From: the human T2T-CHM13v2.0 reference genome, Homo sapiens
NCBI RefSeq assembly: GCF_009914755.1
Contig: NC_060928.1
DNA length: 64,000 nucleotides
Reading direction: 5' to 3' (one strand)
Numbering within the stretch: position 1 is the stretch's first letter; each line of letters starts with the position of its first letter. A model generated the notes under the pieces. It did no database searches. It worked only from the letters and a program-made list of their open reading frames with translations, and was not told the origin of the DNA. Made by a program: the position numbers and the translations under genes. This document shows positions 63,514 to 64,000 of this stretch, piece by piece.

Positions 63514-64000
63514 TGATATTTTTTACATAGTTAAAATAGTCACAGAAATACTCATTCGTATTTAATACACACAATTAGTCTTTAGGGTTTTCTTGAATAT
63601 GTACTCATGATTCAATTAAATGTTGAGTTGATTCATGCACACACACGTGTGTAGGTGTGGGTATGTTTTGTGTTTTATTTAACCATTTTAATGCTATTAT
63701 TGATAGGCTATTCAGTGAATTAAAAAAAATTATCCTAATACAGGTTCTCAAACATTTATAAAGGTATTTTTAAACACAAATGCATTTTTTCAATAATTAT
63801 ATTAAATATTTTATTTGTTCATTAATTTATTTAGCAAATTTTATTGAGTATAATTTGGCACTAGGATGATCAACAGGCAGATAATACAATTAGTAAATAA
63901 AACAGATAACAATTTCCTGTACTTCTGGTGATTATAGTCTAGTTCAGCAAGACAGATGCTAATACAATAAGTAATAAAATACACAGTATATTAGAAGCAA

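Overview
AT-rich, CpG-poor primate (hominid-like: L1PA2-type and AluS/J elements) intergenic or deep-intronic DNA. I find no credible host protein-coding gene, RNA gene or CRISPR array; every long ORF in the track is a broken LINE-1 ORF2 fragment, an antisense L1/Alu reading frame or a low-complexity artefact. The window is a stack of transposon fossils (L1PA2-L1PA13, L1M, L2, Alu, MaLR/ERVL solo LTRs, Tigger/MER DNA transposons). I see no new biological system. The most informative structure is insertion history: (i) a compound L1 insertion at 3575-7582 with a 3' transduction ending at an LTR's own poly(A) signal, a 5' inversion and a second inverted L1 nested inside; (ii) five unusual ORF2 alleles shared by the two neighbouring L1s at 1-7566; (iii) a 43-bp copy of the pre-insertion 'empty site' of the L1 at 46.8-49.7 kb preserved at 50895-50937; (iv) an Alu lying between an L1 tail and that L1's target-site duplication; (v) two candidate non-coding exons. 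Subfamily names come from remembered diagnostic positions, not from a run of RepeatMasker/Dfam, and boundaries of old elements are approximate.
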